This document shows positions 7,901-19,285 of a stretch of DNA of 64,000 nt, piece by piece. The translations under genes were made by a program, and so were the position numbers. Each line of letters opens with the position of its first letter. Position 1 is the first letter of the stretch. The stretch covers positions 68,101-132,100 of the forward strand of contig JASFYR010000014.1 of assembly GCA_045047115.1 (NCBI GenBank), in the 5' to 3' direction. The notes under the pieces were generated by a model. The model was not told the DNA's origin, did not search any database, and saw nothing but the letters and a program-made list of their open reading frames with translations. Origin of the DNA: Sulfurospirillum sp. GTDB taxonomy: Bacteria; Campylobacterota; Campylobacteria; Campylobacterales; Sulfurospirillaceae.

Positions 7901-9793
7901 TTGAAACGAGAGAATAATACACTCTTTCATATGTTTGTAGATTCGTGTGAAAGATATAAAAACAAGACGGCTTTCATCTATAAAGTAGGAGACCAGGAGT
8001 TTGAAGTAACATATCAGAAATTTTTTGATGATGTTCTTCTGCTTAGCCGCGAACTAAAAGCGAAAAAAATTACAAAAAATTCAAAAGTTATGTTTGTTTG
8101 TGATAACAGATATGAGTGGATAGTTACAGATTTTGCCATCATATCTTTGGGGGCCATAAGTATACCGCGAGGCAGTGATACTCCGACATCTGAGCTAGAG
8201 TACATCATGCAACACTCAAAATGTGAATTTTTAGTCATAGAGAATGAATCTGTCTATAAACAACACGAAGAGATGCTAAAAATTCTTAATCTAAAATCCA
8301 TATTTATCCTTGAAGCCCAAAATTTACATTCATTTTTTGGAAATACCTACTCCTATAATGATCTGTTAAAAGATAAAAAAATCTATACAGATGATATAGA
8401 AGAGTTTGAAAAACTAAGAGATAATCTAGACGAAAAAGATACCTTTACACTTATATATACATCAGGTACAACAGGTGTGCCAAAAGGTGTGATTTTAACC
8501 CATAAAAATATAATGTACAATGTTAGAGAACTACCTGAGATCATAGGTTTGAATACTGATGATATATGGGTCTCTATTTTGCCCTCATGGCATATATTTG
8601 AGAGAGCAGTTGAATATCTTTCGGTTTCACAGGGTTGTTGTACCATATACTCAAGTATCAAAACTTTTGCAAATGATTTAGAAGAGTACAGACCCACACT
8701 TGTGGCAACAGTTCCCAGACTTTGGGAGTCTATGTACACAAAAATCAACTCCAAACTAAAAAAAGAGAATCCAAAAAAAGCAAAAATATTTAATAAACTA
8801 ATAGATATATCAGCAGCTTATAACTATAATCTCAGAGTCATAAAAGATGAGCTGCCCATCTTTGGCAAAAGAGGTTTTTTCTCTATATGCAAAGAAAAAT
8901 TTACAGCTTATATAAAACTTTTTATCCTATATCTTCCAAATCTTTTAGCAAAGAAAAAGTTAAAAGTCATACAAGAGAAATTTGGAGGCAGATTAAGGCT
9001 TGCTATCAGTGGTGGCGGTTCACTTCCTGGTTTTATAGACAGTTGGATCGATGCAGTAGGAATCAGAATAGTAAATGCATACGGTATGACAGAGTGTGCT
9101 CCTGCGATTGCGGGACGAGCACTAAACTGTAATACTTTTTCCACCTTGGGGCTTCCTACAAAAGATACTGATTTAAAAATTGTAGATGTTGATGGAAATG
9201 AGCTGGAAAATGGAAAAGTTGGAGAAATAATCATAAAGGGTGAGCAGGTAACTCCGGGATATTATGCCAATGATGAAGAGAATGAAAAGTCTTTTACAAA
9301 AGACGGATACTTTAAAACCGGAGATTTGGGAAAACTAACATTAAAAGGGGAGCTTGTCATCACAGGACGCACAAAAGAGATAATCGTACTTGCGAATGGT
9401 GAAAATGTAGATCCCAGTCGAATAGAATCGGCCATATCAAAACTCCCATTTATCACTGATGCTATATTGGTAGGGCAGGATAAAAAAGGATTAGGTATGC
9501 TTATCGTACCGGATATTGAAGAACTTGGAGAGTATATATCTAAAAAGTTTAACAAAGTTAAACATGATGTTGGGAGCATTTTTGAAGACAAAAAAATCTC
9601 AAATGAGATAAAAAATGACATAAATAGACTCCTGGACTATAAAAATGGTTTTAAATCATTTGAAAAACTTCAAAATATACATCTTTTGGATGAGGAATTT
9701 AAAGTGGGAGAGGAGTTAACAAATACGATGAAAAAAAAGAGACATATTATCGAGAAAAAATATAAAAAGATTATAGATAGATTTTTAAAATGA
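7901..9793 (+). CDS. fadD: Long-chain fatty acid--CoA ligase (AMP-binding)
   Basis: IYTSGTTGVPKG, YGMTE, YFKTGDLG, ITGRTKE. Confidence 0.9.
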   Translation: MKRENNTLFHMFVDSCERYKNKTAFIYKVGDQEFEVTYQKFFDDVLLLSRELKAKKITKNSKVMFVCDNRYEWIVTDFAIISLGAISIPRGSDTPTSELEYIMQHSKCEFLVIENESVYKQHEEMLKILNLKSIFILEAQNLHSFFGNTYSYNDLLKDKKIYTDDIEEFEKLRDNLDEKDTFTLIYTSGTTGVPKGVILTHKNIMYNVRELPEIIGLNTDDIWVSILPSWHIFERAVEYLSVSQGCCTIYSSIKTFANDLEEYRPTLVATVPRLWESMYTKINSKLKKENPKKAKIFNKLIDISAAYNYNLRVIKDELPIFGKRGFFSICKEKFTAYIKLFILYLPNLLAKKKLKVIQEKFGGRLRLAISGGGSLPGFIDSWIDAVGIRIVNAYGMTECAPAIAGRALNCNTFSTLGLPTKDTDLKIVDVDGNELENGKVGEIIIKGEQVTPGYYANDEENEKSFTKDGYFKTGDLGKLTLKGELVITGRTKEIIVLANGENVDPSRIESAISKLPFITDAILVGQDKKGLGMLIVPDIEELGEYISKKFNKVKHDVGSIFEDKKISNEIKNDINRLLDYKNGFKSFEKLQNIHLLDEEFKVGEELTNTMKKKRHIIEKKYKKIIDRFLK

Positions 9794-11619
9794 TTCAATT
9801 CATCAATATATCAAAAAGTTTCGCTGCAAAAAAGCTCTTTGAGAACATAAATTTTAGATTAAATACAAAAAACAGAGTAGGTTTGGTTGGCAGAAACGGT
9901 AGTGGAAAGTCAACTCTTTTTAAGATGATATTAAAAGAGACAGAGCCAGACAGCGGTGAAATTTTGATACCTAAAAACTACAAAATAGGCGCACTGAATC
10001 AACACCTAAAATTCAGTGAAAAAACTATAAGGGAGGAGGTATCACTTGCACTTGATGAAGAGTCTAAGTATGATACCTACAGAGTTGAAAAGATACTTTT
10101 TGGTCTTGGCTTTTCAGAAAATGACCTCGATAGCGAGCCTCTTAGTTTCTCAGGAGGCTATCAGATACGCATAAATCTGGCTAAGCTTTTGGTGGCCGAG
10201 CCTAATATGCTGCTTCTGGATGAGCCGACAAATTACCTGGATATCGTCTCTCTTCGTTGGTTGGCGTCTTTTTTAAGAACTTTTGATGGAGAAGTTATAC
10301 TTATCACGCACAATCGAGATTTTATGGACAAAATTACAACTCACACTATGGGGATAGTGAGAAAAAAATTGAGTCTCATTCCGGGTGGTACACATAAGTT
10401 TTATGAGCAGTTAAAATTAAATGATGAACTATATGCAAAAGAGAAGATTTCTCAAGATAAAAAGATAAAAGAACTGGAGGATTTCATAGCTAAGAACAGA
10501 GCAAGAGCTTCTACGGCTGCTCTTGCTCAATCAAAGATAAAACAGCTTGAAAAGATGGAGCGATTGGGTGATTTTGGGGCAGATACAACACTAAAATTTG
10601 ATTTTAATTTTAAAGAGACACCTGCAAAAATTTTATTTGAAGTTGAAGAGCTAAGTTTTGGTTTTACTTCGGATAAAACTCTTTTTAGTGATCTCTCCTT
10701 TGTTTTAAAAAAAGGAGAGTGTCTGGGGATTATTGGGAAAAACGGCAAAGGAAAATCAACCCTTTTAAATGTTCTCTCTAAAGAGTTGAAACAAAACAGT
10801 GGAGAGATTAAGATGCATCCATCTATATCTTTTGCCCATTTCGGACAGACAAATATCAATCACTTAAACCTGGATAATACAGTTTTTGAAGAGATTTACA
10901 GCTCAAACACAAAACTCTCAACACCTAAGGCTAAAAATATATGTGGTGCCATGATGTTTAGCGGTGAAAATAGCGACAAGAAGATCTCACTCCTTTCAGG
11001 TGGTGAAAAGAGTAGAGTAATGTTAGGTAAGATCTTGGCAAGTGAAGTCAATCTGTTATTTTTGGATGAGCCGACAAATCACCTTGATATGGAATCCATC
11101 GGTTCTCTGAGTAGTGCGATAAAAAACTTTAAAGGTTCTGTGGTTATAGTCACGCACTCTGAAGAGTTATTAAGAAGTGTGGCAAATAAACTCGTTGTTT
11201 TTGCCAAAAATGGAGCAGAGTTTTTTGATGGAGGGTATGATCTCTTTTTGGAAAAAATAGGCTGGGAAGAAGAGGAGGAGGTAAAAAAAGAGAAAAAAAT
11301 ACCAAAATCCAATCAATATGAGATAAAAAAGAGAAAAGCCGCACTTATATTTGAGAGAAATTCCAAGACTAAGGAGCTCAAAAAAGAGATACAAAAACTA
11401 GAAAACGGTATCATGAAAATCGAAGAAATCCTTGAGGCAAACCAAAAAAAGCTTATAGAGCTATCAAACACAGGTGAGAGTTCAAAAATCATAGAATTAT
11501 ACAAAAATATTTCACAACAAGAAAATGAGATAGAAATAAACTTTGAAAAATTAGAAACTCTACAGAGTAAATTTGATGAAATTATGAATGAATATGAAAA
11601 TAAATTGGAGATGTTTTGA
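9790..11619 (+). CDS. ABC-F family ATP-binding protein
   Basis: Two Walker A motifs (GRNGSGKST, GKNGKGKST), two LDEPTN, no TM, C-terminal coiled coil. Confidence 0.93.
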   Translation: MIQFINISKSFAAKKLFENINFRLNTKNRVGLVGRNGSGKSTLFKMILKETEPDSGEILIPKNYKIGALNQHLKFSEKTIREEVSLALDEESKYDTYRVEKILFGLGFSENDLDSEPLSFSGGYQIRINLAKLLVAEPNMLLLDEPTNYLDIVSLRWLASFLRTFDGEVILITHNRDFMDKITTHTMGIVRKKLSLIPGGTHKFYEQLKLNDELYAKEKISQDKKIKELEDFIAKNRARASTAALAQSKIKQLEKMERLGDFGADTTLKFDFNFKETPAKILFEVEELSFGFTSDKTLFSDLSFVLKKGECLGIIGKNGKGKSTLLNVLSKELKQNSGEIKMHPSISFAHFGQTNINHLNLDNTVFEEIYSSNTKLSTPKAKNICGAMMFSGENSDKKISLLSGGEKSRVMLGKILASEVNLLFLDEPTNHLDMESIGSLSSAIKNFKGSVVIVTHSEELLRSVANKLVVFAKNGAEFFDGGYDLFLEKIGWEEEEEVKKEKKIPKSNQYEIKKRKAALIFERNSKTKELKKEIQKLENGIMKIEEILEANQKKLIELSNTGESSKIIELYKNISQQENEIEINFEKLETLQSKFDEIMNEYENKLEMF

Positions 11620-12683
11620 TTGGGCCGTTAAGACTTTTGGTCTCTTCACTAGAGCCATCAGCAAATCTGCATCTTGAGCCGATTTTGCAAAAGCTTGAAA
11701 AGTATAAACTTTTTGGTATATTTGACGAAAAGTTTGGTAAACCTCATCTGCCCTCATCCGCCTTTTCGATTATGGGTTTTTTGGATGTAATTCCAAAGAT
11801 AAAAAAGGCAAAAAAAGCGATAAAAGAGCTGGTAAAACTCAGCTTTAAGACTGATATTGTGCTACTCATTGACTCACCTGCTTTTAACCTGCCTTTGGCA
11901 AAAGCAATAAAAGAGAAAAATCCGAATGTGAAGATTATATACTATATACTGCCTCAAGTTTGGGCATGGAAAGCAAAAAGAGTGACAAAGGTGGAGGCAA
12001 ATTGTGATGTTCTAGCTTCTGTGTTACCTTTTGAGAGTAAGTTTTATAATCGCTCCATCTATGTTGGCCATCCTCTGCTTGATGAAATAAAAGAGTACAA
12101 AAAAGAGTACAAAAAAAGTGGCATTATCTCTTATTTACCGGGGAGTCGAAAAAGCGAAATAAAAAAACTGATGCCTATTTTTAAAGAGTTGGTAAGCAGG
12201 ACAAATAAAAAAGCACTGCTTGTGATACCGCCTTTTTTCAGTGATGAGCAGATAGCTGACATCTATGGAGACATCGGTGAATTCGAAGTCATAAGAGATG
12301 CAAAAGAGGCATTTTTTCAAAGTGAATTTGCCTTTATATGTTCGGGCACTGCAACTCTTGAGGCTGCATTAATAGGAGTGCCATTTATCTTGGCATATAA
12401 AGCAAAAAAACTAGACTATATGATAGCTAAAAGATTTGTTAAGTTAAAACATGTAGGACTTGCAAATATACTATTCGATTTTTCAAATAGACCACCTTTA
12501 CATGTAGAGCTTTTGCAAGATGAGGTTACAAGTGATAACTTGTATAACGAGTATATAAAAATAGATAAAGAAGAATTTTTCAAAAACTCGTTACATATAA
12601 GAGAGATATTAAAAAAAGGCTCATTAAACGATATGTTGGATATAATAACAACCAATAAGAAAAAAATAGCGGAGAAAAGATAA
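11616..12683 (+). CDS. lpxB: Lipid-A-disaccharide synthase
   Basis: [35 protein letters not shown]. Confidence 0.96.
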   Translation: MIGPLRLLVSSLEPSANLHLEPILQKLEKYKLFGIFDEKFGKPHLPSSAFSIMGFLDVIPKIKKAKKAIKELVKLSFKTDIVLLIDSPAFNLPLAKAIKEKNPNVKIIYYILPQVWAWKAKRVTKVEANCDVLASVLPFESKFYNRSIYVGHPLLDEIKEYKKEYKKSGIISYLPGSRKSEIKKLMPIFKELVSRTNKKALLVIPPFFSDEQIADIYGDIGEFEVIRDAKEAFFQSEFAFICSGTATLEAALIGVPFILAYKAKKLDYMIAKRFVKLKHVGLANILFDFSNRPPLHVELLQDEVTSDNLYNEYIKIDKEEFFKNSLHIREILKKGSLNDMLDIITTNKKKIAEKR

Positions 12684-13174
12684 TGCAAAAAGAGCCAATG
12701 ACAGATTTCGGTTTTCAAAAATTGAGCAAAGAGTTAAATGATTTGATAAAAGTACAAAGACCTGAAATCGTGATAGAACTGGATATCGCAAGAAGTCATG
12801 GAGATTTGAAAGAGAATGCAGAGTATCACGCAGCAAAAGAGAAACTGGCTTTCATAGAAAACAGAACAGGTGAATTAAATGATCTTATGACAAGAGCACA
12901 GGTTGTAGATCCTAGTTCTTATACTCACGATAAAGTCAGGTTTGGCTCAACTGTAGTTTTAGAAGACATGGATAGCGAAGAGGAGTTTACCTATACGATT
13001 GTGGGGAGTACCGAGAGTAATCCGAATCGGGGACTCATCTCTTATCATTCGCCACTTGCAAAGCATTTGTTAGGAAAAGAGGAGGGTGATGAAGTAACCG
13101 CAAGGTTGCCTTCGGGAGTTCGAGAGTATGAAATATTGGGTGTTGAGTATAAGGAGATAAACTTTGAAGATTGA
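12683..13174 (+). CDS. greA: Transcription elongation factor GreA
   Basis: [23 protein letters not shown]. Confidence 0.97.
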   Translation: MQKEPMTDFGFQKLSKELNDLIKVQRPEIVIELDIARSHGDLKENAEYHAAKEKLAFIENRTGELNDLMTRAQVVDPSSYTHDKVRFGSTVVLEDMDSEEEFTYTIVGSTESNPNRGLISYHSPLAKHLLGKEEGDEVTARLPSGVREYEILGVEYKEINFED

Positions 13175-14189
13175 TAAAAAAATTCCGGTAGCCATCATTG
13201 GGGCTAGTGGATACACTGGTTTAGAGCTTTTAAAACTTTTAGTAGTTCATCCTGTTTTTGACATAGCATATATTGGGAATAGCGAAGGTGGTATTAAAGT
13301 CGAAGAGCTGCACCCCTCTCTTAAGAGTGTACTGTCACAAGATGTTTTAAAGAGTGATGCCAAAGAGATTTCAAAAGTTGCGAAGCTTGCATTTTTAGCA
13401 CTTCCCCATAAGACGGCTATGGGATTTGCGAGTAAACTTTTGGAGTATGGTGTCAAAGTGGTTGACCTTTCAGCTGATTACAGACTTGAGCTTGACACTT
13501 ATGAGAAGCACTATTGTGAGCATATAGATAAAAAAAATCTTCCAAATGCCGTTTATGGATTGCCTGAATTTTATAGAGATGAGATTAAAAATAGCTGCCT
13601 GGTAGCAAATCCGGGGTGTTACCCTACAGCTGCACTTTTGAGTCTTTTGCCTTTTTGTGATTTGATAGATGAGAGTTATCCTGTTTTTATAGATGCAAAG
13701 AGTGGAGTGAGCGGTGCTGGTAAAAAATGCACACAAAAGACGCATTTTGTCTCAATTGACGAAAATATTTTTGCTTACAATCCTCTCATACACAGACACC
13801 AACCTGAGATAAAGGAGAAGATGAGACTGGAATCAAAAAAAGAGTTTGATATAAACTTTGTTCCGCATCTTCTGCCTTTAATAAGAGGTGAGATGGTAGA
13901 TAGTTATATGCTTCTAAAAGTTGATGGGATTGATGCCTCAGGCTTGCTTAAAGAGTTTTACAAAAATGAGAGGTTTGTGAGGATTTATGATAAACCAGTG
14001 GATATGAAATCTGCAGGCGGTACAAATTTTTGTGATATATTTGCAAAAGTTAAGGGAAGAAAACTCTATTTAAATGCAGTGATTGACAATATCTTAAGAG
14101 GCTCCTCATCTCAAGCGGTTGTTAATGCAAATATCATGTTTAAACTCGAAGAAAATTTAGGAATTCCTACTATCTCTTATGTGCCTTAA
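13164..14189 (+). CDS. argC: N-acetyl-gamma-glutamyl-phosphate reductase
   Basis: [30 protein letters not shown]. Confidence 0.97.
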   Translation: MKIDKKIPVAIIGASGYTGLELLKLLVVHPVFDIAYIGNSEGGIKVEELHPSLKSVLSQDVLKSDAKEISKVAKLAFLALPHKTAMGFASKLLEYGVKVVDLSADYRLELDTYEKHYCEHIDKKNLPNAVYGLPEFYRDEIKNSCLVANPGCYPTAALLSLLPFCDLIDESYPVFIDAKSGVSGAGKKCTQKTHFVSIDENIFAYNPLIHRHQPEIKEKMRLESKKEFDINFVPHLLPLIRGEMVDSYMLLKVDGIDASGLLKEFYKNERFVRIYDKPVDMKSAGGTNFCDIFAKVKGRKLYLNAVIDNILRGSSSQAVVNANIMFKLEENLGIPTISYVP

Positions 14190-14916
14190 GATAAAAGACG
14201 GTGCACTCTTTATAAGTGATGCGCACGAAAATGACAAGAGGGATGGTTTTTATCGCTTTCTCTTGAAAATCAAATCCAAAGAGCTGGATCCACCACAGAT
14301 TTTTCTCATGGGCGATATGTTTGATTTACTTATTGGTGAAGTAAAATACCTCAAAGAGAAATATAAAAAATATATTGGTTTGATAGAAGAGATTGCAAAA
14401 GATAAAGAGGTATTTTACTTTGAGGGAAATCACGATTTTGCCCTCAAAAGTCTCTTTAAAAACACAAAAGTCATAGATATAGCTATGCAACCCGCGATTT
14501 TTTATACAGCAGATAAAAAAGTTCTTCTTTCTCACGGAGATAAGTGTGGAGGGGTAATCCATACTATATATACGAAGATTATAAGAAATCTAGTAGTGCT
14601 CAAAATGCTTGATAGATTTGATAGGTTGTGTGGCTTTTGCATATCAAAAAAGATAGAAAAAGACCTTTTGAAGAAAAATATATGTTTAAAAATAGATAAT
14701 TTTCAAGAGATTGTAGAAGATAAAATTAACAACTGTATAGACAGAAATATAGAGTTAATTGCAGAGGGACACTATCATCAAAATAGAAGTTTTAAATATG
14801 GGAAACAGAAATATATAAACTTTTCATCTTTTGCGTGCAATCAAAGTTATTTTATTGTACAATTATCAACTGAATTAGAATTTATAGAAATAAAACTAAG
14901 GGGCAACGATGTTTGA
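14179..14916 (+). CDS. lpxH: UDP-2,3-diacylglucosamine diphosphatase (metallophosphoesterase)
   Basis: FISDAH, MGDMFD, EGNHD, SHGD, GHYH; conserved position upstream of cheV. Confidence 0.8.
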   Translation: MCLKIKDGALFISDAHENDKRDGFYRFLLKIKSKELDPPQIFLMGDMFDLLIGEVKYLKEKYKKYIGLIEEIAKDKEVFYFEGNHDFALKSLFKNTKVIDIAMQPAIFYTADKKVLLSHGDKCGGVIHTIYTKIIRNLVVLKMLDRFDRLCGFCISKKIEKDLLKKNICLKIDNFQEIVEDKINNCIDRNIELIAEGHYHQNRSFKYGKQKYINFSSFACNQSYFIVQLSTELEFIEIKLRGNDV

Positions 14917-15859
14917 TGACAACGTGCTAAAAGTGGGCTCCAATGAGATGGAGTTGGTTGATTTTCGTATATTTAAGCAAGATGGTGATGAGGTATACGA
15001 AGGCATATACGGAGTAAATGTATCTAAAGTTCGTGAAATTATAAAGATACCAAATCTTACTCAACTTCCCGGAGTACCAGAGTATATAGAGGGTATTTTT
15101 GATTTGCGTGGTGTGGTGATTCCTGTCGTAAATCTAGCAAAATGGATGAATATAACCGAACCTATAGACAATAAGATAAAACCAAGAATTGTCATTACCG
15201 AATTCAGTGATATTTTGATTGGTTTTATAGTTCATGAAGCCAAAAGAATTAGAAGAATAAGCTGGAAAGATATAGAGCCGGCATCTTTTGTTTCAGGCAT
15301 GGGAGCGCTGGATAAGAGCCAAATTACTGGAGTAACAAGAATAGAAAATGATGAGGTTCTGCTAATTCTAGATCTTGAAAGTGTAGTTGAAGAGCTCGGA
15401 TTTTATAAGCCAAGAGTCGATATGGATATAAATGAGATTATGCAATTAGAAGGTACTGCTTTGGTTTTAGATGATAGTATGGTAGCTAGAAAACTTGTCA
15501 GCGATGCTCTTAAAAAGATGGGACTAAAAGTAGTAGAAGCAAAAGATGGGTTAGATGGTTTACAAAAATTAGAAGAACTGTATGGAGTATATGGCGATAG
15601 ACTAAATGCAGAGCTAAAGATAATAATAAGTGATGTTGAAATGCCACAGATGGACGGTTTTCACTTTGCGGCAAATGTTAAAGATGACGATAGATTTAAA
15701 GAGATACCTATAGTGTTCAACTCTTCCATAAGTGATCACTTTAGCGAATTAAGAGGGAAGAAGGCGGGCGGTGAAGCCTATTTGACAAAATTTGATGCAG
15801 CGGTTTTTTATAAAGAGATTTCGAATGTTTTAAAATCGCATATAAAAGACCAAGAGTAA
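14909..15859 (+). CDS. cheV: Chemotaxis protein CheV
   Basis: CheW domain plus receiver (ISDVEMPQMDG). Confidence 0.96.
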   Translation: MFDDNVLKVGSNEMELVDFRIFKQDGDEVYEGIYGVNVSKVREIIKIPNLTQLPGVPEYIEGIFDLRGVVIPVVNLAKWMNITEPIDNKIKPRIVITEFSDILIGFIVHEAKRIRRISWKDIEPASFVSGMGALDKSQITGVTRIENDEVLLILDLESVVEELGFYKPRVDMDINEIMQLEGTALVLDDSMVARKLVSDALKKMGLKVVEAKDGLDGLQKLEELYGVYGDRLNAELKIIISDVEMPQMDGFHFAANVKDDDRFKEIPIVFNSSISDHFSELRGKKAGGEAYLTKFDAAVFYKEISNVLKSHIKDQE

Positions 15860-15869
15860 AGGCTGGGCT

Positions 15870-18203
15870 ATGGAAGATATTCAAGAAATATTAGAAGATT
15901 TTTTGGTTGAAGCTTTTGAGTTGATAGAACAGATAGACCAAGATTTGGTTGAACTTGAAAATAACCCGGAAGATTTGGAGTTGTTAAATCGTATATTTAG
16001 AGTGGCTCATACTGTAAAAGGTTCTTCATCTTTTTTAAATTTTGATGTACTGACACAATTGACTCATCATATGGAAGATGTTTTAAATAAAGCTAGAAAA
16101 GGTGAATTAAAGATAGACCCTCAGATCATGGATGTTGTTTTAGAGTCAATAGATATGATGAAAGAGTTGCTAGAGGCCATCAGAGACAGTGGCAATGATA
16201 CAGATGTCGGTATGGATATATCAGATATTTGTGGCAGACTAGATAGTATATCAAAAGGTGAAGAGGTTGAGGTTGCGGAGCCAGAAATCAAAGAAGAGAT
16301 TATAGAAGAGTCTGTCCAGGAAATTGTAAAAATAGAAAAAGAGGAAGAGGAAGTCGATTATTCAAAACTTAGTGATGATGAGGTTGAGGCAGAGATAGAG
16401 AGACTTTTGAAAGAGAGAAAAGATGAGGACAAGAAAAGAAAAGCTGCCAAGAAAAGCCAAAAACAAGAAGCTACACAAGATGAAAAACATAAAGAGAGTG
16501 AATCAAAATCTGTAATAAAACAAAAACCTGCAGCAAAACCAAAAAGTAAAGCTCCTGTTAAAAAACAGGCATCTAGTGCAATTGAACAGACTATCAGAGT
16601 GGAGGTCAAAAGGCTTGATCATCTGATGAATCTTATAGGCGAGTTGGTTTTAGGTAAAAACAGACTTCTCAAAATTTATGATGATGTAGAAGAGAGATAT
16701 GAGGGAGAAAAATTTTTAGAAGAGTTAAATCAAGTAGTCTCTTCAGTATCTTTGGTTACTACTGATTTACAAATTGCTGTTATGAAAACAAGAATGTTGC
16801 CTGTAGCAAAAGTATTTAACAAGTTTCCAAGAATGGTAAGAGACCTCTCTCGTGAACTTGGAAAATCGATAGAGCTTAAAATTACAGGAGAAGAGACCGA
16901 GTTGGATAAATCTATAGTTGAAGAGATTGGTGATCCTTTGGTTCATATCATTAGAAATTCATGTGACCACGGTATAGAAGATGGCGAAACAAGACTTCTT
17001 AAAGGCAAAATGGAAACAGGTACCATTGAGCTGAAAGCTTATCATGAAGGAAACAATATAGTCATAGAGATTGTTGATGATGGCAAAGGACTTGATCCGG
17101 ATATGCTTCGTCATAGGTCTTTGGAAAAGGGCATCATAAGCGAAAGAGAAGCTGATACTATGAGTGACAAAGAGGCTTACACACTTATTTTTAAGCCTGG
17201 TTTTTCAACAGCAGTGCAAGTTACAAATGTATCCGGTCGTGGTGTTGGCATGGATGTTGTGAAGACAAATATAGAGAAGTTAAATGGTATCATTGATGTA
17301 GATAGCGAGATAGATAAAGGGACTATTATCAAATTAAAGATTCCTTTGACTCTTGCGATCATTCAGGCACTTTTGGTTGGTGTTCAAGAAGAGTTTTATG
17401 CTATTCCCTTGGCTTCTGTTTTGGAGACAGTCAGAATTCCACTCGATGAAATCTATACCATAGAAGGCAAAAATGTTTTAAGACTCAGAGATGAAGTTCT
17501 TTCCCTGGTTAGGCTCTCAGATATATTTGGCGTAGATAAGGTATATGAAAATAGTGAGCATGCCTATGTGGTTGTAATCGGCTTGGCTGAGTCAAAACTA
17601 GGAGTCATAGTAGATACTTTGGTTGGACAAGAAGAGATAGTTATCAAATCTATGGGCGACTATCTTAAAGGGATTGACGGAATTGCGGGTGCCACTATAA
17701 GAGGTGATGGAAGAGTAACTCTTATAGTAGATGTAGCTGCTTTGATGGATTTGGCTAAAAATATCAGTGTTGATATCACGGCTGATACTCAAACTGTACA
17801 GAAAATAAAAGAGACTCCGAGTGATTATTTTGTGCTTGTTGTAGATGACAGCAAGATGGATAGAAATATCATGAAAAAAGCTATGAGCCCTATAGGTATA
17901 AGTATAGTAGAAGCGACAAATGGGCAAGAGGCATTAAACATCATAAAATCAGGTGAGTACAATTTTGATGCTGTTCTTATCGATATTGAGATGCCGAGAA
18001 TGGATGGATATACATTGGCCGGAGAAATTAGAAAATACTCTAAATACAAGCATCTTCCATTGATTGCTGTAACATCAAGAACCTCAAAATCGGACAGACT
18101 GCGGGGCGTAGAATCTGGTATGAGCGAATATATAACCAAGCCATACTCTCCGGAATATCTAGAGAGTGTTGTTAGAAAAAATATAAAATTGCTAGCGGAG
18201 TAA
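15870..18203 (+). CDS. cheA: Chemotaxis histidine kinase CheA with C-terminal receiver
   Basis: HPt FRVAHTVKG, RNSCDHG, SGRGVGMDVV, C-terminal DIEMPRMDG. Confidence 0.98.
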   Translation: MEDIQEILEDFLVEAFELIEQIDQDLVELENNPEDLELLNRIFRVAHTVKGSSSFLNFDVLTQLTHHMEDVLNKARKGELKIDPQIMDVVLESIDMMKELLEAIRDSGNDTDVGMDISDICGRLDSISKGEEVEVAEPEIKEEIIEESVQEIVKIEKEEEEVDYSKLSDDEVEAEIERLLKERKDEDKKRKAAKKSQKQEATQDEKHKESESKSVIKQKPAAKPKSKAPVKKQASSAIEQTIRVEVKRLDHLMNLIGELVLGKNRLLKIYDDVEERYEGEKFLEELNQVVSSVSLVTTDLQIAVMKTRMLPVAKVFNKFPRMVRDLSRELGKSIELKITGEETELDKSIVEEIGDPLVHIIRNSCDHGIEDGETRLLKGKMETGTIELKAYHEGNNIVIEIVDDGKGLDPDMLRHRSLEKGIISEREADTMSDKEAYTLIFKPGFSTAVQVTNVSGRGVGMDVVKTNIEKLNGIIDVDSEIDKGTIIKLKIPLTLAIIQALLVGVQEEFYAIPLASVLETVRIPLDEIYTIEGKNVLRLRDEVLSLVRLSDIFGVDKVYENSEHAYVVVIGLAESKLGVIVDTLVGQEEIVIKSMGDYLKGIDGIAGATIRGDGRVTLIVDVAALMDLAKNISVDITADTQTVQKIKETPSDYFVLVVDDSKMDRNIMKKAMSPIGISIVEATNGQEALNIIKSGEYNFDAVLIDIEMPRMDGYTLAGEIRKYSKYKHLPLIAVTSRTSKSDRLRGVESGMSEYITKPYSPEYLESVVRKNIKLLAE

Positions 18204-18206
18204 AAG

Positions 18207-18701
18207 ATGAATGATCAATTAAATAAAGTTTTACAAAAACAACAAAAGCAAGTGAACGAACCGGAAAAAGTGATAGATGATGTTGTACAATTGGTTGGTT
18301 TTATCATAGGAAATGAGGAGTATGCCATACCAATACTTAGTATTCAAGAGATTATCAAACCGATAGAATACACCAGAGTTCCGCAGGTTCCGGATTATGT
18401 TTTAGGGGTTTTTAATCTAAGAGGTGATGTTATACCCTTGATAGATCTTCGTAAAAAATTCAACTTGGAGTCTGCTAAACATAGTGAGGACACAAGATAT
18501 ATAGTCCTAAAAGGTGAAGACAATATAGCTGGATTTGTGATAGATAGACTAACCGAAGCAATCCGCATAAAAAGAGACAGGATAGATCCTCCGCCTGAGA
18601 CTATACACTCAGAGACAGGTATGATATATGGTGTTGGAAAACGAGAAACGAGTATGCTTACTATCCTAAAGGTTGAGGCACTGTTAAAAAGAAATTTTTA
18701 A
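18207..18701 (+). CDS. cheW: Chemotaxis protein CheW
   Basis: GVFNLRGDVIPLIDLR. Confidence 0.96.
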   Translation: MNDQLNKVLQKQQKQVNEPEKVIDDVVQLVGFIIGNEEYAIPILSIQEIIKPIEYTRVPQVPDYVLGVFNLRGDVIPLIDLRKKFNLESAKHSEDTRYIVLKGEDNIAGFVIDRLTEAIRIKRDRIDPPPETIHSETGMIYGVGKRETSMLTILKVEALLKRNF

Positions 18702-18715
18702 ATCTGTTTAGAGGG

Positions 18716-18742
18716 GATAACCGCGCTTGAAGTGCGGTTATC
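18716..18742. terminator. Bidirectional hairpin between convergent cheW and RRM gene
   Basis: gataaccgcgc-ttgaa-gtgcggttatc followed by tttatt. Confidence 0.75.
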
Positions 18743-18770
18743 TTTATTATTAGAATTTTAATATTTGATA

Positions 18771-19049
18771 TTAGAATCTGTTGTTGAAGTTTCTTTTTGG
18801 TCTCTCTTCTCTTGGTCTAGCTTCATTAATTCTAAGAGTTCTACCGTCATACTCTTTTTCATTTAATTCATCTATTGCATTTTGAGCTGCTGCGTCGTCA
18901 TTCATGGTAATAAATCCAAAACCCTTCGCTCTACCTGTTTCTCTATCAGTAATAATCTTTACTGATTCCACTTCGCCATATTGACTAAATAGGTTTTCTA
19001 AACCTTCCTCTGTTGTTGAGTAGGAAATATTTCCAACGTAAATTTGCAT
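18771..19049 (-). CDS. RNA-recognition-motif (RRM) RNA-binding protein
   Basis: RNP2 IYVGNI, RNP1 KGFGFITM, GRTLRINEARPR. Confidence 0.95.
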   Translation of the reverse strand: MQIYVGNISYSTTEEGLENLFSQYGEVESVKIITDRETGRAKGFGFITMNDDAAAQNAIDELNEKEYDGRTLRINEARPREERPKRNFNNRF

Positions 19050-19285
19050 CTTGTCTTGTCCTTAAAAAAATTTTACATTTACCAATAAACATGCAAACTC
19101 TTGTTCATATTCTAAAAAAATACTCACTCGCAATATGCATAGTATTATTGATCAATATAGTAAGATGAGCATTATACTATAAAAAAGGATAATTTGCTAA
19201 TAAATTTTAAAAAATATCTTTTTTATTGGTTTATCAAACAATTTAATGTAGAATTGTTACAGTATTTTATTAAATGGAGGTTCTG

